Shown here: positions 48,801 through 57,990 of the stretch, piece after piece
How the letters are laid out: each line of letters starts with the position of its first letter
Numbering within the stretch: the stretch's first letter is position 1
DNA from: a virus
Direction: 5' to 3' (one strand)
Length of the DNA stretch: 64,000 bases
IMG/VR virus record: IMGVR_UViG_3300026320_000001
Location: 83,694 to 147,693 of that record
The notes under the pieces: model-generated
Database searches by the model: none
The model's input: only the letters and a program-made list of their open reading frames with translations
What the model was told of the DNA's origin: nothing
Program-made: the position numbers and the translations under genes

Positions 48801-49505
48801 AATTCCCTGCCCATCAAATATATTTTGAACAATCGGAATATTCCTTTTTTCAACATGGTCTATTTTGTTTTCATCTTCATAAACAAAATCAACATTTCTA
48901 TTTTTTGTTATTTCATAATCTGGAACTACAACAAATCTAGGTGCTGTAACTTTATGTGTTGCACTGGCATATAAAGCAAAATATGAATTAAACTTATTAA
49001 TATTTAATTCAATATCTTTATTTCTTCCATTGTCAAATATGTTTATTAATTTTTTACAAATAGACTCTTCTGCGAAAATAGATGTGTTACGCCTCGCATG
49101 TCCAGCCCCCGTAAGTAGACGAATATACTTCTTATTATTTATAAATAATCCTTGTTTAATTATTTGTTTGTAATGTGCCACATTATTAAAATGAATAGAT
49201 ATAATATCAGGAACAAATAATATATCTTCTAATTCTTTATTTATTTCAAAGATTCTATTTCTATTTATTTTAGAATCTTTTTCTTTTTTTAATGTTCTTT
49301 TTTCTTGCAACAATTCATCAATATGATATTGTGAAAATTCTATATCGTTTATTCTTCGATAAGTTCTCAATAGTTCTGAATCAGCCAGTGAAATAATTTC
49401 ATTATTTTTCAACGCTTCTTCATATGAAATTTGTATTGTATAGTTTGAATTTTTCAAACGCTCTGATGTAAATTTCATGATGGAAAACTGTTGAAGTTTT
49501 TTCAT
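45762..49505 (-). CDS. yonO: YonO-like single-chain two-barrel RNA polymerase, spliced (exons 49505-47883 and 46877-45762; 912 aa)
   Basis: FDGQG, FCIR..FLKG, ILTASQFKLW, SYQYIQ, SDP, RSP, spliced GD|FDFDILFTTDN, IGLITN, QGNEIDKQKGI. Confidence 0.88.
46878..47882 (-). mobile_element. group I intron (1005 nt) carrying a GIY-YIG endonuclease
   Basis: P1 GGAGAU/GUCUCC with U.G at the splice site; AACGACUA and AAGAUAUAGUC P7 elements; terminal G; in-frame exon join. Confidence 0.92.
47044..47754 (-). CDS. intron-encoded GIY-YIG homing endonuclease
   Basis: YVY...FYIGKGSGRR, CNISPGG, GENNPMYG, NUMOD1-like AKPV C-terminus. Confidence 0.88.
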   Translation of the reverse strand: MGLNKHYVYAWFNKETDNVFYIGKGSGRRAKRLNRRNIYFMRYYNKYDCDYKILEDNLDEDVAYEREIYYIEKYKEINQAQCNISPGGKFFPVLRGENNPMYGVSPKERMTPEIYEQWLKNRSVSVTGDKNSQFGVSPKERMSEEKYNQWVENHRNITYENNPKAKPVDMIKDNIIIETFLTVKHCAEFLIEKKIVRAKKVKSVQNRLSTMINNKVLYRGFLFSFANKENKNKINQ

Positions 49506-49510
49506 TATCT

Positions 49511-49699
49511 TTATTCATCAACTTCTTCGTCAACAAATTTTCTCTTGTCTTTCATTTTATTATAACTCATTTCATTCCAAATCACATTTCCATTTTTATC
49601 TTCTTTGTAATTTAAATTATTCCAATCTTCATAGCCAATTAAATCTTCATCTTCTTCATCAAAATCATCATCTATTTCATCAACATAATATTCATTCAT
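49511..49699 (-). CDS. small acidic protein
   Basis: 62 aa, GGAGGT RBS, directly upstream of the RNAP. Confidence 0.7.
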   Translation of the reverse strand: MNEYYVDEIDDDFDEEDEDLIGYEDWNNLNYKEDKNGNVIWNEMSYNKMKDKRKFVDEEVDE

Positions 49700-49710
49700 A
49701 TTAAAACCTC

Positions 49711-50136
49711 CTACCTTGCAAAGTCATAAATAAAGGGACAGTTATCAGATTTTCTTACTCCCCAATTAACAGGAGTAGGAATCCATAAATCATTCAAATT
49801 ATATTTTAGCATCATTTCAATTATTATCTCTCGTTCTCTATCGGTTCTTCTTCCACGTTTAAGTTCTTCCTTGATAACAGCAACCCACCCATTTTTACTA
49901 CTATCATAATTAACAATAACACCAAAATATTTTTTATCTTTTTTATTTATTTTTTTATATAATCGAATTTCTTGTCGTGATTGATTGCCTTCATCATTCA
50001 ATTTTACAATTATCTTTCCGTCTGTATAACAATGTCTTCCTGATTGAATGCCTCCCGTATGAGACATGTGTTTTGCTTTTTTGCCATTTATAAATACATT
50101 ATTAAAATCATCAACAATAATCTTTGGTTTTTTCAT
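49711..50136 (-). CDS. minimal protein-kinase-like protein
   Basis: GRHCY..IIVK..QS.QE..Y, DL....NWG, IYDFA. Confidence 0.6.
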   Translation of the reverse strand: MKKPKIIVDDFNNVFINGKKAKHMSHTGGIQSGRHCYTDGKIIVKLNDEGNQSRQEIRLYKKINKKDKKYFGVIVNYDSSKNGWVAVIKEELKRGRRTDREREIIIEMMLKYNLNDLWIPTPVNWGVRKSDNCPFIYDFAR

Positions 50137-50609
50137 AATTTATCCATATTGTTTTTTATAATCTTATCAACCATTCCCATTTTTATAATGTGAACAAACA
50201 AAGGAACACTTCCTCTTTTTGCTATATCAATCATATCTTTAGTTCCTTTTGAATTGTTTTGCCAAAAAGCAATTAAAATTGGATTATCAAATCTTGCATA
50301 GTCGAACATTTTCATATTCCTATTTCTTCCGGCAAGAGCATTATAATCTCCAAAAAAATCATTATGCTTTACAAATACGGGAGGTTCAAAATTATGCCAA
50401 TCAGCTTCAAATATTTTTTTCTTCAACTGGTATTCATCGGCGAACTTATTCCCCAATTTATCTGTTCCATATGCACCACCGTGAATTATTTCAAAATCAT
50501 TTGGATTGATTTCTTTTTTATATTGTATCTCTGAAAATATATTCAATACATTTGTTTTGAAAATATGATAATTTTCAAACTCCCTAGAACCAGATATAAT
50601 AATTCTCAT
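50133..50609 (-). CDS. SLOG / YspA-like (DUF2493) protein
   Basis: IIISGSREF, HGGAYGTD, AGRNRN..M, AFW..SKGTKDMI. Confidence 0.85.
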   Translation of the reverse strand: MRIIISGSREFENYHIFKTNVLNIFSEIQYKKEINPNDFEIIHGGAYGTDKLGNKFADEYQLKKKIFEADWHNFEPPVFVKHNDFFGDYNALAGRNRNMKMFDYARFDNPILIAFWQNNSKGTKDMIDIAKRGSVPLFVHIIKMGMVDKIIKNNMDKL

Positions 50610-50612
50610 ATT

Positions 50613-51206
50613 TTAATCCCATAAATCTAAATAATATTCTGAAAATTTTTGTAAACCTTTTTGTAATCTTTTATCAAGTTGTCTATGTTCTTCAATAGTC
50701 TTCCAACCATGTAATTCATCCATTTGTTTACGTGCTTTAAATCCATCAATCATTATGTCTAATTCTTGATTCCATAATTTGATTGCATCTTTTTCAATCT
50801 TCTTATCTTCATCATTATATGGAGAATTAAGCATATAATCTTTTGGAAAACAAAGTTGTGGAATTCCATGACCTGATTTTTTATATTCCGGTAAAACTTC
50901 CAACATAATATTTGCTAACCAATAATCAATTCCCCATATAACTCTATCATCCCATCCTCTAAAAACTCTCTGCCAAGCAAACTTGACTTCATAATAAGAA
51001 TCTGATATAATTCGTGATATAATCAATTGAGGTGCAGAATAGATAACATGATGAGCGCATGGAAAAGGCCACCACCAATCTCTTGTAATTTCATCAAACC
51101 AATAATGAACAGGATGGTCTTTTTTCCATTCTGCTTCCATATCATCAAACATTGTTCCTATAGAATTATAGTTTTTACTTATTTTAGATGTATCAAATTC
51201 TTCCAT
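50613..51206 (-). CDS. hypothetical phage protein
   Basis: AWQRVFRGWDD...GLQKFSEYYLDLWD. Confidence 0.75.
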   Translation of the reverse strand: MEEFDTSKISKNYNSIGTMFDDMEAEWKKDHPVHYWFDEITRDWWWPFPCAHHVIYSAPQLIISRIISDSYYEVKFAWQRVFRGWDDRVIWGIDYWLANIMLEVLPEYKKSGHGIPQLCFPKDYMLNSPYNDEDKKIEKDAIKLWNQELDIMIDGFKARKQMDELHGWKTIEEHRQLDKRLQKGLQKFSEYYLDLWD

Positions 51207-51214
51207 TTATTCTC

Positions 51215-51649
51215 CTAGACACCGTAATCCCAAATTTTTATATTATTGTTTATATCCAAACCAAAATTATCATCATTATAAGCACAATCACATAGAGAAT
51301 ACTTTCTTTCAATATTTCTTACTTGTTTATAATCTTTGTGATATAAAACATCTTTTTTACTTATATGTCTTGTAGCAATCATGCGTTGTGAAACCCAATA
51401 TATTTTTTTATTATCTTCTAATATATAACCATAATCCAGAGGTTCAACAAAATATTTTTTTTCTTCATCTTTCATCATATTCCACAATTGTATTTCTTGA
51501 TAAGATTGACCACATTCATCCCAATCCATTTTTATGATAATATCACCATATCTATATAAATCCCTGCTATATCCACAAGCAGGATAAAAACTATTTACCT
51601 TATCGTTATTTATGTAAATATACGCCCTACTGACTACACGAATTCTCAT
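51215..51649 (-). CDS. minimal protein-kinase-like protein (paralog of 49711..50136)
   Basis: GYSRDLY..IIIK..QS.QE..W, D....NFG, IWDYG. Confidence 0.6.
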   Translation of the reverse strand: MRIRVVSRAYIYINNDKVNSFYPACGYSRDLYRYGDIIIKMDWDECGQSYQEIQLWNMMKDEEKKYFVEPLDYGYILEDNKKIYWVSQRMIATRHISKKDVLYHKDYKQVRNIERKYSLCDCAYNDDNFGLDINNNIKIWDYGV

Positions 51650-51677
51650 AGATAAATCCTCATATTTTTATTCAAAT

Positions 51678-51745
51678 ATTCTACCATAAAACCTTAAAAA
51701 TGTCAAGGGCTACATATTGACAGAATATAGGAAATGTGGTAGAAT
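51678..51745. promoter_or_regulatory. back-to-back divergent sigma70-type promoters
   Basis: Minus strand TTGACA-17-TAGAAT (51706-51678); plus strand TTGACA-17-TAGAAT (51717-51745). Confidence 0.85.
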
Positions 51746-51750
51746 AAATT

Positions 51751-51863
51751 TGTTTAAAATTATAGAGATAGGTTCAATTTGGTTGCAACTAAATTGTTTC
51801 TGATAAATGTCCCTTTCCATTTCTCTATAATCTTAAACATTATCATATAAATAAAAAAAGGGA
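51751..51863 (+). ncRNA. structured 5' leader RNA, copy 3
   Basis: P1 ATTATAGAG/CTCTATAAT, P2 CAATTTGGT/ACTAAATTG, GATAA junction, P3 AAATG/CATTT with loop TCCCTTT complementary to downstream AAAGGGA. Confidence 0.55.
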
Positions 51864-51880
51864 TTAATGAGAGGAGTGAA

Positions 51881-52810
51881 ATGACAAAAAAATTAACAAT
51901 AGAATACTGTAAGAAAAAATCTAAAGAAAAAGAATATATATTGTTAGAAAATATTTATTTGAATGCTCATACGAAAATGAATTTTCAACATGTAAAATGT
52001 AAGTATATATTTTCGATGAAATGGAATAATTTTAATTCTGGAGATAGATGTCCGAATTGTCAACGCAAATCAGTTGGATTTAAAAAAAGATTAAAAATAG
52101 AAGATTGTAAAAAAATAGCTTTCAATAGAGGATTTAAATTATTGAACAATATTTATATCAACAATAAAACAAAAATGGAGTTCGTTCACATTGATTGTGG
52201 ATTTAAATTTTTAAAAGGGTGGAGTAATTTTCAATCAGAAAAAGGTTGTCCAAAATGTTCTGGTAAAATTAAATTGAGCATTGAATTTTGTCAAAAAGAA
52301 TCTTTCAATCGGGGTTATCAATTGCTTTCTAAAAAATATAAAAATAATAAAACAAAAATGAATTTTAAACATATTGAATGTCAATCTAATTTTTTGATGA
52401 ATTGGACTAATTTCTATAATGGTAAAAGAGGTTGTCCAACATGTGATTCCAGTCTCGGAGAGTTAGAGATAAAAAAATATTTAAAAATATGGAAAATAAA
52501 AAATTATCATGAATATTATGGATTTAAAGAATGTCGAGATAAAAAAGTTTTACCATTTGATTTCTATATAAAAAAATATAACATCTGTATTGAATATCAA
52601 GGAAAACAACATTTTGAACCTATACAATACACATATTCAATAACTATAGAACAAGCTAAGAAAAATTTAAGAATACAAAAAAATCATGATAAAATAAAAA
52701 GAAAATTCTGTAAGAATAATAATATCATATTGCTTGAAATAAGATATAAAGATTTCAATAATATAGAAAATATTTTATATAATAAAATAGAGGAAATTAA
52801 AAATGGATAA
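51881..52810 (+). CDS. free-standing PD-(D/E)XK (Vsr/DUF559-like) endonuclease with three zinc-finger repeats
   Basis: 3x (Y.N.KTKM.F.H..C...W.NF....CP.C); SLGE, LPFDFYI, IEYQGKQH, D.IK..FC. Confidence 0.8.
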   Translation: MTKKLTIEYCKKKSKEKEYILLENIYLNAHTKMNFQHVKCKYIFSMKWNNFNSGDRCPNCQRKSVGFKKRLKIEDCKKIAFNRGFKLLNNIYINNKTKMEFVHIDCGFKFLKGWSNFQSEKGCPKCSGKIKLSIEFCQKESFNRGYQLLSKKYKNNKTKMNFKHIECQSNFLMNWTNFYNGKRGCPTCDSSLGELEIKKYLKIWKIKNYHEYYGFKECRDKKVLPFDFYIKKYNICIEYQGKQHFEPIQYTYSITIEQAKKNLRIQKNHDKIKRKFCKNNNIILLEIRYKDFNNIENILYNKIEEIKNG

Positions 52811-54143
52811 CATCCCCCACATTGTTGTTATAGATAGTCCTACAGGTTCAGGAAAAACATCTTGGGCTATAGATATGATTAGCAAATTACCAGACGATAA
52901 AAATGTATTATATATAACACCATATATATTAGAAGTAGATAGAATTATAGCTTCTTGTCCAAACAAACATTTAGTACAACCCAAAAAATGGTCTGGTGAT
53001 GGAAGTAAAATGAATCATTTGGTTGAATTAGTATCACAAAAAAGAAATATTGTTTCTACTCATGCACTTTTGCAAAACATATCAGACGAACTAATAAATT
53101 TATTGCGTAACAATGATTATATATTGGTTTTAGATGAAAGTTTTCAAGTAGTACAACAATATGACCTTTTTCCTGAACTAAAGAAGATGTCAAAGGAAGA
53201 AAGAGAAAATATAACTAAATCAGATGTTCAATGGTTATTCGATGAAAAGTATATAGAAGTTACAGATAACTTTGCAATTAGATGGATAGACCAAAATAAA
53301 ATGATTGGTAGTAAATATGATAAATTAAAATCTCTTATTGATAGGGATATGATTTATCTTGTAAATAATTCATTATTTTTATGGACATTTCCCTATGAGG
53401 TATTTGGAGAAGGAATATTCAAACAATGTTACATTATGACTTATTTATTTGAGAGTCAATTCCAACATTACTATTACCAATATTTTAATATCAAATATAA
53501 AAAATATCACATTGAATCTAAAGCTAATAAATATAAAATGGTTGAAACAATAAATAATCAATATGATATTGATTTCAGAGAAAGAGCTAGTAAACTAATA
53601 ACAATAATAGATAATGACAAAATAAATAGAATAGGTTCTTTTTATCGTGATATTCATGGAAAAGTAAAGACAACTGATTTATCCATGAACTGGTATAAAA
53701 ACAATGAACATTTACATAAACAATTAAGTTTAAATGTTTATAATTATTTTAAGAATATATCTAAATCAAAAGCTAATAAAAGATTATGGACTGTATTCAA
53801 AGATTTTAAGAAATTAATAAAAAATCCTCTTACTACATCTCACGGTTTTTTGGAAATTACAGCTAGAGCTACTAATAATTACAACGATAGAAATGTACTC
53901 GCCTATCTTATTAACAGGTATCCCAATTCTTTTTATATTGCATTCTTTAGTAAAAGAGGAATAATAATAGACAGCGATTTATATGCCCTATCTGATTTGA
54001 TTCAATGGGTATGGAGAAGCGCAATCAGAAACGATAATCCAATTACCCTCTATATTCCTTCTGAGCGAATGAGAAATTTATTCTTGAACTTCCTTCAAAA
54101 TAAAAAAATAATAAATTATGAAGATTTTGATTATGAGGATTAG
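52803..54143 (+). CDS. SF2 helicase-like / putative origin-binding protein
   Basis: DSPTGSGKTS Walker A, ITP, STH, LVLDE Walker B, QWVWRSAIR. Confidence 0.75.
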   Translation: MDNIPHIVVIDSPTGSGKTSWAIDMISKLPDDKNVLYITPYILEVDRIIASCPNKHLVQPKKWSGDGSKMNHLVELVSQKRNIVSTHALLQNISDELINLLRNNDYILVLDESFQVVQQYDLFPELKKMSKEERENITKSDVQWLFDEKYIEVTDNFAIRWIDQNKMIGSKYDKLKSLIDRDMIYLVNNSLFLWTFPYEVFGEGIFKQCYIMTYLFESQFQHYYYQYFNIKYKKYHIESKANKYKMVETINNQYDIDFRERASKLITIIDNDKINRIGSFYRDIHGKVKTTDLSMNWYKNNEHLHKQLSLNVYNYFKNISKSKANKRLWTVFKDFKKLIKNPLTTSHGFLEITARATNNYNDRNVLAYLINRYPNSFYIAFFSKRGIIIDSDLYALSDLIQWVWRSAIRNDNPITLYIPSERMRNLFLNFLQNKKIINYEDFDYED

Positions 54144-54327
54144 GGGATAAATCTATGCCTACACGCATTCGTATATCTTTAGACTTTTATAAACAACGAA
54201 TTACCCGTGAATCTGGTTTTAGCCAGTTTTAAAAAGTGATTTTGGCTAAAATAAAAAAAAAGACATATAGCACATAGTCATAAGTACCCCTTTCCCTTTT
54301 AAAAAAGATTTATATATGTCTAAAACC

Positions 54328-54356
54328 AAACCACCCGTAAAAAGGTGGTTTTTTTG
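54328..54356 (+). terminator. intrinsic terminator
   Basis: AAACCACC-CGTAAAAA-GGTGGTTT plus T run. Confidence 0.75.
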
Positions 54357-55055
54357 TTTAAGCTTATATTGATATTTATTATTATTGTATATAGTTATTA
54401 CTATTATTTATGTTGATTATTTTTAATTTTTATTTATTTTTATTATTATTGTATATAATGTTTTGTTGATTAAATTGTGTGTTTAAAGGTGCTGATGACC
54501 GATTTTCAAATACCAGTATGCTTAATTATGTAAAATACCCCTATACCTTATGATTATTACATATAATCATAAGCAATAACATACAATGAGCATGACCATA
54601 TACCAGTATGATTTTATAAATATTTGTATGATGATTCTTTGTCTCCCTACTATTGCAAGATTATTATTTTACAAAAAGATATGTACATAACACAATAACA
54701 ATACATCATCATCACATCATAATCAATATAACAATAACATAAATAAATATAATCAATACATCATAATAACAATATGATACCATAGCTCTATCACCTGCTA
54801 TCATATACAACTATGATTCAATAGGATATATAAACAGGTATACAATAACAATATCACACAATAAAATAATAAAAAAATATAACATATATACATCATAATC
54901 ACATCATGATATTATACCTATTCACCTATACATCATGCATTCATTCATCATATAACCATCTAATCATACACGATAGGATACCAGTACATCATACACGCTT
55001 CATCATACACTAGTCATATACCATATGAATATATAAATAATAAATATGTTAAATA

Positions 55056-55089
55056 AAATAACACTCTCTTATAATCTGAGAGTGTTATT
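55056..55089 (-). terminator. terminator of the leftward early genes
   Basis: AATAACACTCTC...GAGAGTGTTATT. Confidence 0.65.
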
Positions 55090-55117
55090 ATTGTTATGTT
55101 ATTATATTTATTTATTC

Positions 55118-55513
55118 TTATTCGTAATCACTAGGATTAAACTTCTCCATACATGCATTGAATCCGTCTGAGTCATTTTCGCTATAACTCCAGTCTGAGA
55201 TAATATCTTCTGCATCACCATTGCCTAGAGTGATTAAGATATTATGAAAATGTTTTTCACCATTCTTAATATAAATTCTTGACTCATCCAAATTGAATAT
55301 AACTTCCATTGTAGATTTTATATTATTATCTTTTACTGTGTGACTCTCTTCACCGTCATATACCGAGTCAATTGTAAAGCCTGAGGTCACAATATGGTTA
55401 AGAAGATTCCCTATAACTCTTCGCTCTACTTTGTTTTCTAATTTTAATTCGTGACCATATAACTTCTTCATTTCCTTATCAATATCGAGGGAGGGAGTTT
55501 TAAATTTTGTCAT
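55118..55513 (-). CDS. hypothetical early protein
   Basis: VYDGEE...LGNG..D.ISDW motif; AAGGA RBS. Confidence 0.75.
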   Translation of the reverse strand: MTKFKTPSLDIDKEMKKLYGHELKLENKVERRVIGNLLNHIVTSGFTIDSVYDGEESHTVKDNNIKSTMEVIFNLDESRIYIKNGEKHFHNILITLGNGDAEDIISDWSYSENDSDGFNACMEKFNPSDYE

Positions 55514-55545
55514 GTTATATTTTTCCTTTTTTGTTTTGAATATGA

Positions 55546-56718
55546 TTATATCTTTTCAATTTTACCGCGTATTATAACGGTTTGTTTTTTACCATTAAAA
55601 GAATCTAATTTCTTTATTGTGGCAATAATAATATTAACGTTATCGCCTGCCTCAATATCGAATGATTTACTGGCAAAGTAAGTTATGATACTACCATCTG
55701 AATCGAATGTATATAAATGAGTTACTCCATTGTAATTATTTTCGATTTGATTATATCGGATGACCTTAGCATTAATATTATTTAATTTTGTGCCTACCTC
55801 TCCAAGATGATTTGATTCAGGTTGATTCTTTATTGTTAATTCTTTTTCCACCATACGATGATACATGGGAATAATTGAAACGATATAGCCTGAGTGCTTC
55901 TCACTCATATAACCATATTCAATTAATTTCAATAGAGTTATATCGTATTCAGTTATACCGAACATATTATTATTTTTTGCATTAACCATCTTTTCATTTA
56001 ATTTGTTTTGTACATAGGATAAAATCTTTTTTGCCTCTTCAATTTCAAAGTCTGTTAATTTTTCTTTTGGTACAAAGTAACGATTTAATGAATCGTATTT
56101 TGTGGGATTATCTGAATCGCTTTTCTTATAACCTTGCTTGTTTATAGATTGAATCGCATAGGGTAAAAAGGATTCAATCTTCAAAAGAGTTTTACCAGTG
56201 TTAAATTTTTCGCTTGCATTCTCTTCATCTGAATATGATTTGATTAACTCGAATGAACCGCCATAAAATTTAGCTATATCTTCCGCGTTGGGAAGGTTTA
56301 TATAATTAGCTAAACAATTACCACCCACTATTTTAACTTCACCTGATTCAGATTGAATCAAGTAGTAAAAATTTCGTGACCTATTTATTTTGCAATGCTC
56401 ACAAATTAATTCGCATTCACGATAATTCGTAAAATCAAAAGTGGTATTGTGAGAATGAATCAAATTATCATTGCCCATTCTTTCAAGCTTTGCTAAAAAT
56501 GTATAGCCTGCTATAGTGGGAGATTCACCATATACAGAATAAATATAATCTGTACGATATGAATCCCATGCAGTAAGAGGGTCAATAACTTTTACAGTCT
56601 CTTTTGATTCAAGAGTAAAGCCAAAAGGTATATTCAATTTTTTAGCCTTATTAGTAAAGCGATTCATTTTTGATTCAAAGTCGCTTACGTTCCATGAAGG
56701 AATTCTATAGGTTGTCAT
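55546..56718 (-). CDS. phage protein with CxxC and possible C-terminal OB fold
   Basis: CEHC..NR.R..VG.NC; SNHLGEVG...ATIK...FNGKKQT. Confidence 0.7.
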   Translation of the reverse strand: MTTYRIPSWNVSDFESKMNRFTNKAKKLNIPFGFTLESKETVKVIDPLTAWDSYRTDYIYSVYGESPTIAGYTFLAKLERMGNDNLIHSHNTTFDFTNYRECELICEHCKINRSRNFYYLIQSESGEVKIVGGNCLANYINLPNAEDIAKFYGGSFELIKSYSDEENASEKFNTGKTLLKIESFLPYAIQSINKQGYKKSDSDNPTKYDSLNRYFVPKEKLTDFEIEEAKKILSYVQNKLNEKMVNAKNNNMFGITEYDITLLKLIEYGYMSEKHSGYIVSIIPMYHRMVEKELTIKNQPESNHLGEVGTKLNNINAKVIRYNQIENNYNGVTHLYTFDSDGSIITYFASKSFDIEAGDNVNIIIATIKKLDSFNGKKQTVIIRGKIEKI

Positions 56719-56732
56719 GTTATTTTACCTTT

Positions 56733-56957
56733 TTATATATTGTATGTTTCAAGATGTTTAACTATTTGTTTTGCCATGCGATAGGCTGAGTCTCCGCTTA
56801 TACGAGTAAAGTATAAAAAAGCGGTTGTTTGCACTAGAATATAAATGGATTTTTCATCACGTGCAAGTCTTACATTTTGCATGATACCATCTATATTAAC
56901 TTGTTTTGTTTCAACAAGCTTATTGATAACAACGGTTTTTAATTCAGATTGTTTCAT
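56733..56957 (-). CDS. hypothetical protein
   Basis: Translationally coupled small ORF. Confidence 0.65.
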   Translation of the reverse strand: MKQSELKTVVINKLVETKQVNIDGIMQNVRLARDEKSIYILVQTTAFLYFTRISGDSAYRMAKQIVKHLETYNI

Positions 56958-57139
56958 TATTTAATCTCCAATGATTTTACAATTTGTTTAGCGATATTAT
57001 ATTCAGAATGCAGATTCAAATTTTCGCGGTGTTGGATATTCTTGACCTCGTAATAAACGTTTACGAGGTTAACCGCTTGTTTACTTTTGTTAAGGTTATT
57101 TAAAACTTTTTCTGTGAGGGTCAATTGTTTTGTGTTCAT
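56957..57139 (-). CDS. hypothetical protein
   Basis: Translationally coupled small ORF. Confidence 0.65.
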   Translation of the reverse strand: MNTKQLTLTEKVLNNLNKSKQAVNLVNVYYEVKNIQHRENLNLHSEYNIAKQIVKSLEIK

Positions 57140-57375
57140 TATTTGGATTCCTTTTTGATTGCCTGAGTGATAGTAAAACGGATTAAGAATGGAGCTATAA
57201 CTTCATCATCAAGCTTGAATAAAACATAAGCACTGACAAGGGAGCAAGCGGTGTATACATCGAAAGATATGCTCATAACAAAAACCATCTGATAGCACAG
57301 ATATAAACCCATAGCAATAACCAAGAGAGCTATATCTTTCTCATCTTTCTGTAGGGCAGTAAAAAATTTGTTCAT
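57139..57375 (-). CDS. small membrane protein
   Basis: Two hydrophobic segments, AAGGA RBS. Confidence 0.65.
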   Translation of the reverse strand: MNKFFTALQKDEKDIALLVIAMGLYLCYQMVFVMSISFDVYTACSLVSAYVLFKLDDEVIAPFLIRFTITQAIKKESK

Positions 57376-57396
57376 GTATATTCCTTTTGTCGGTTA

Positions 57397-57443
57397 GGTT
57401 AAACTTACTGCGTAAGTTTAACCGTTTACATGTCAATTGTCAA
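57397..57443 (-). promoter_or_regulatory. promoter overlapped by a 27-bp palindrome
   Basis: TTGACA-17-TAAACT; GGTTAAACTTAC-TGC-GTAAGTTTAACC covers the -10 and start region. Confidence 0.65.
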
Positions 57444-57562
57444 TAGAAAATTTGTTCTAATTTTGCACCAGTTTGATACTGGCTGACGAGCGTTGACCAT
57501 CTTTAAATAAAAAATCCGCCTGTGATACAAGCGAATTTTTTTTATTATGATTTAATTTATTT

Positions 57563-57808
57563 TTAGTTGTCTTTAAAAATAATCCCGTCCTCTTTTGCAG
57601 ATAATAATTTTCTGTAATCGCCCATATATCTATTATTTATTTCCAACCGATAAGGAAAATTTTTATCGCTCCCGTGTCGATTATCTTTTGTTATGGTTAT
57701 AGTCTCAAAACTCCAAATAGTTTGCACACCATTAAAAATAATGTTCTTAATCCATTTTATTTTATTCATTTTAATTTTATCCTTTTTTATTTTTCTGTAA
57801 ACGTCCAT
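57563..57808 (-). CDS. hypothetical protein (start probably MNKIK)
   Basis: AAGGATAAAA leader precedes the internal ATG. Confidence 0.6.
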   Translation of the reverse strand: MDVYRKIKKDKIKMNKIKWIKNIIFNGVQTIWSFETITITKDNRHGSDKNFPYRLEINNRYMGDYRKLLSAKEDGIIFKDN

Positions 57809-57969
57809 TGAAAAGATTTTTTGATTAAAATTTGTGCAATCGGATGAAGACTAGAATATTTTTTTAAAACTTTTGCAAGATTAATCAAACCTCCATTCTC
57901 ACAATGGTTTATAACCGCTATTGAATAGCGTACATCCCGACATTGCTTACAATAACAAGTATTATCCAT
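57787..57969 (-). CDS. hypothetical protein
   Basis: AAGGATAA leader; CYCKQC. Confidence 0.6.
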   Translation of the reverse strand: MDNTCYCKQCRDVRYSIAVINHCENGGLINLAKVLKKYSSLHPIAQILIKKSFQWTFTEK

Positions 57970-57990
57970 TTTTTTTATTATCCTTTTTTG

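Larger units (their letters stand above)
54144..55117. other. ~1-kb non-coding, low-complexity, strand-asymmetric region (candidate origin or packaging/terminus region)
   Basis: No ORF of 60 aa or more; T-rich left part, A/C-rich right part with many CATCAT and ACAATAAC units; ATACCAGTA three times. Confidence 0.5.

Noticed and set aside
45762-49505. Two-subunit RNA polymerase or an intein
   Set aside because: The catalytic motif is split between the pieces, there are stop codons in between, and the intron core is present.
54540-55030. CATCAT / ACAATAAC repeats as a CRISPR or strict iteron array
   Set aside because: Units are short and irregularly spaced with no constant repeat; kept only as a low-complexity region.
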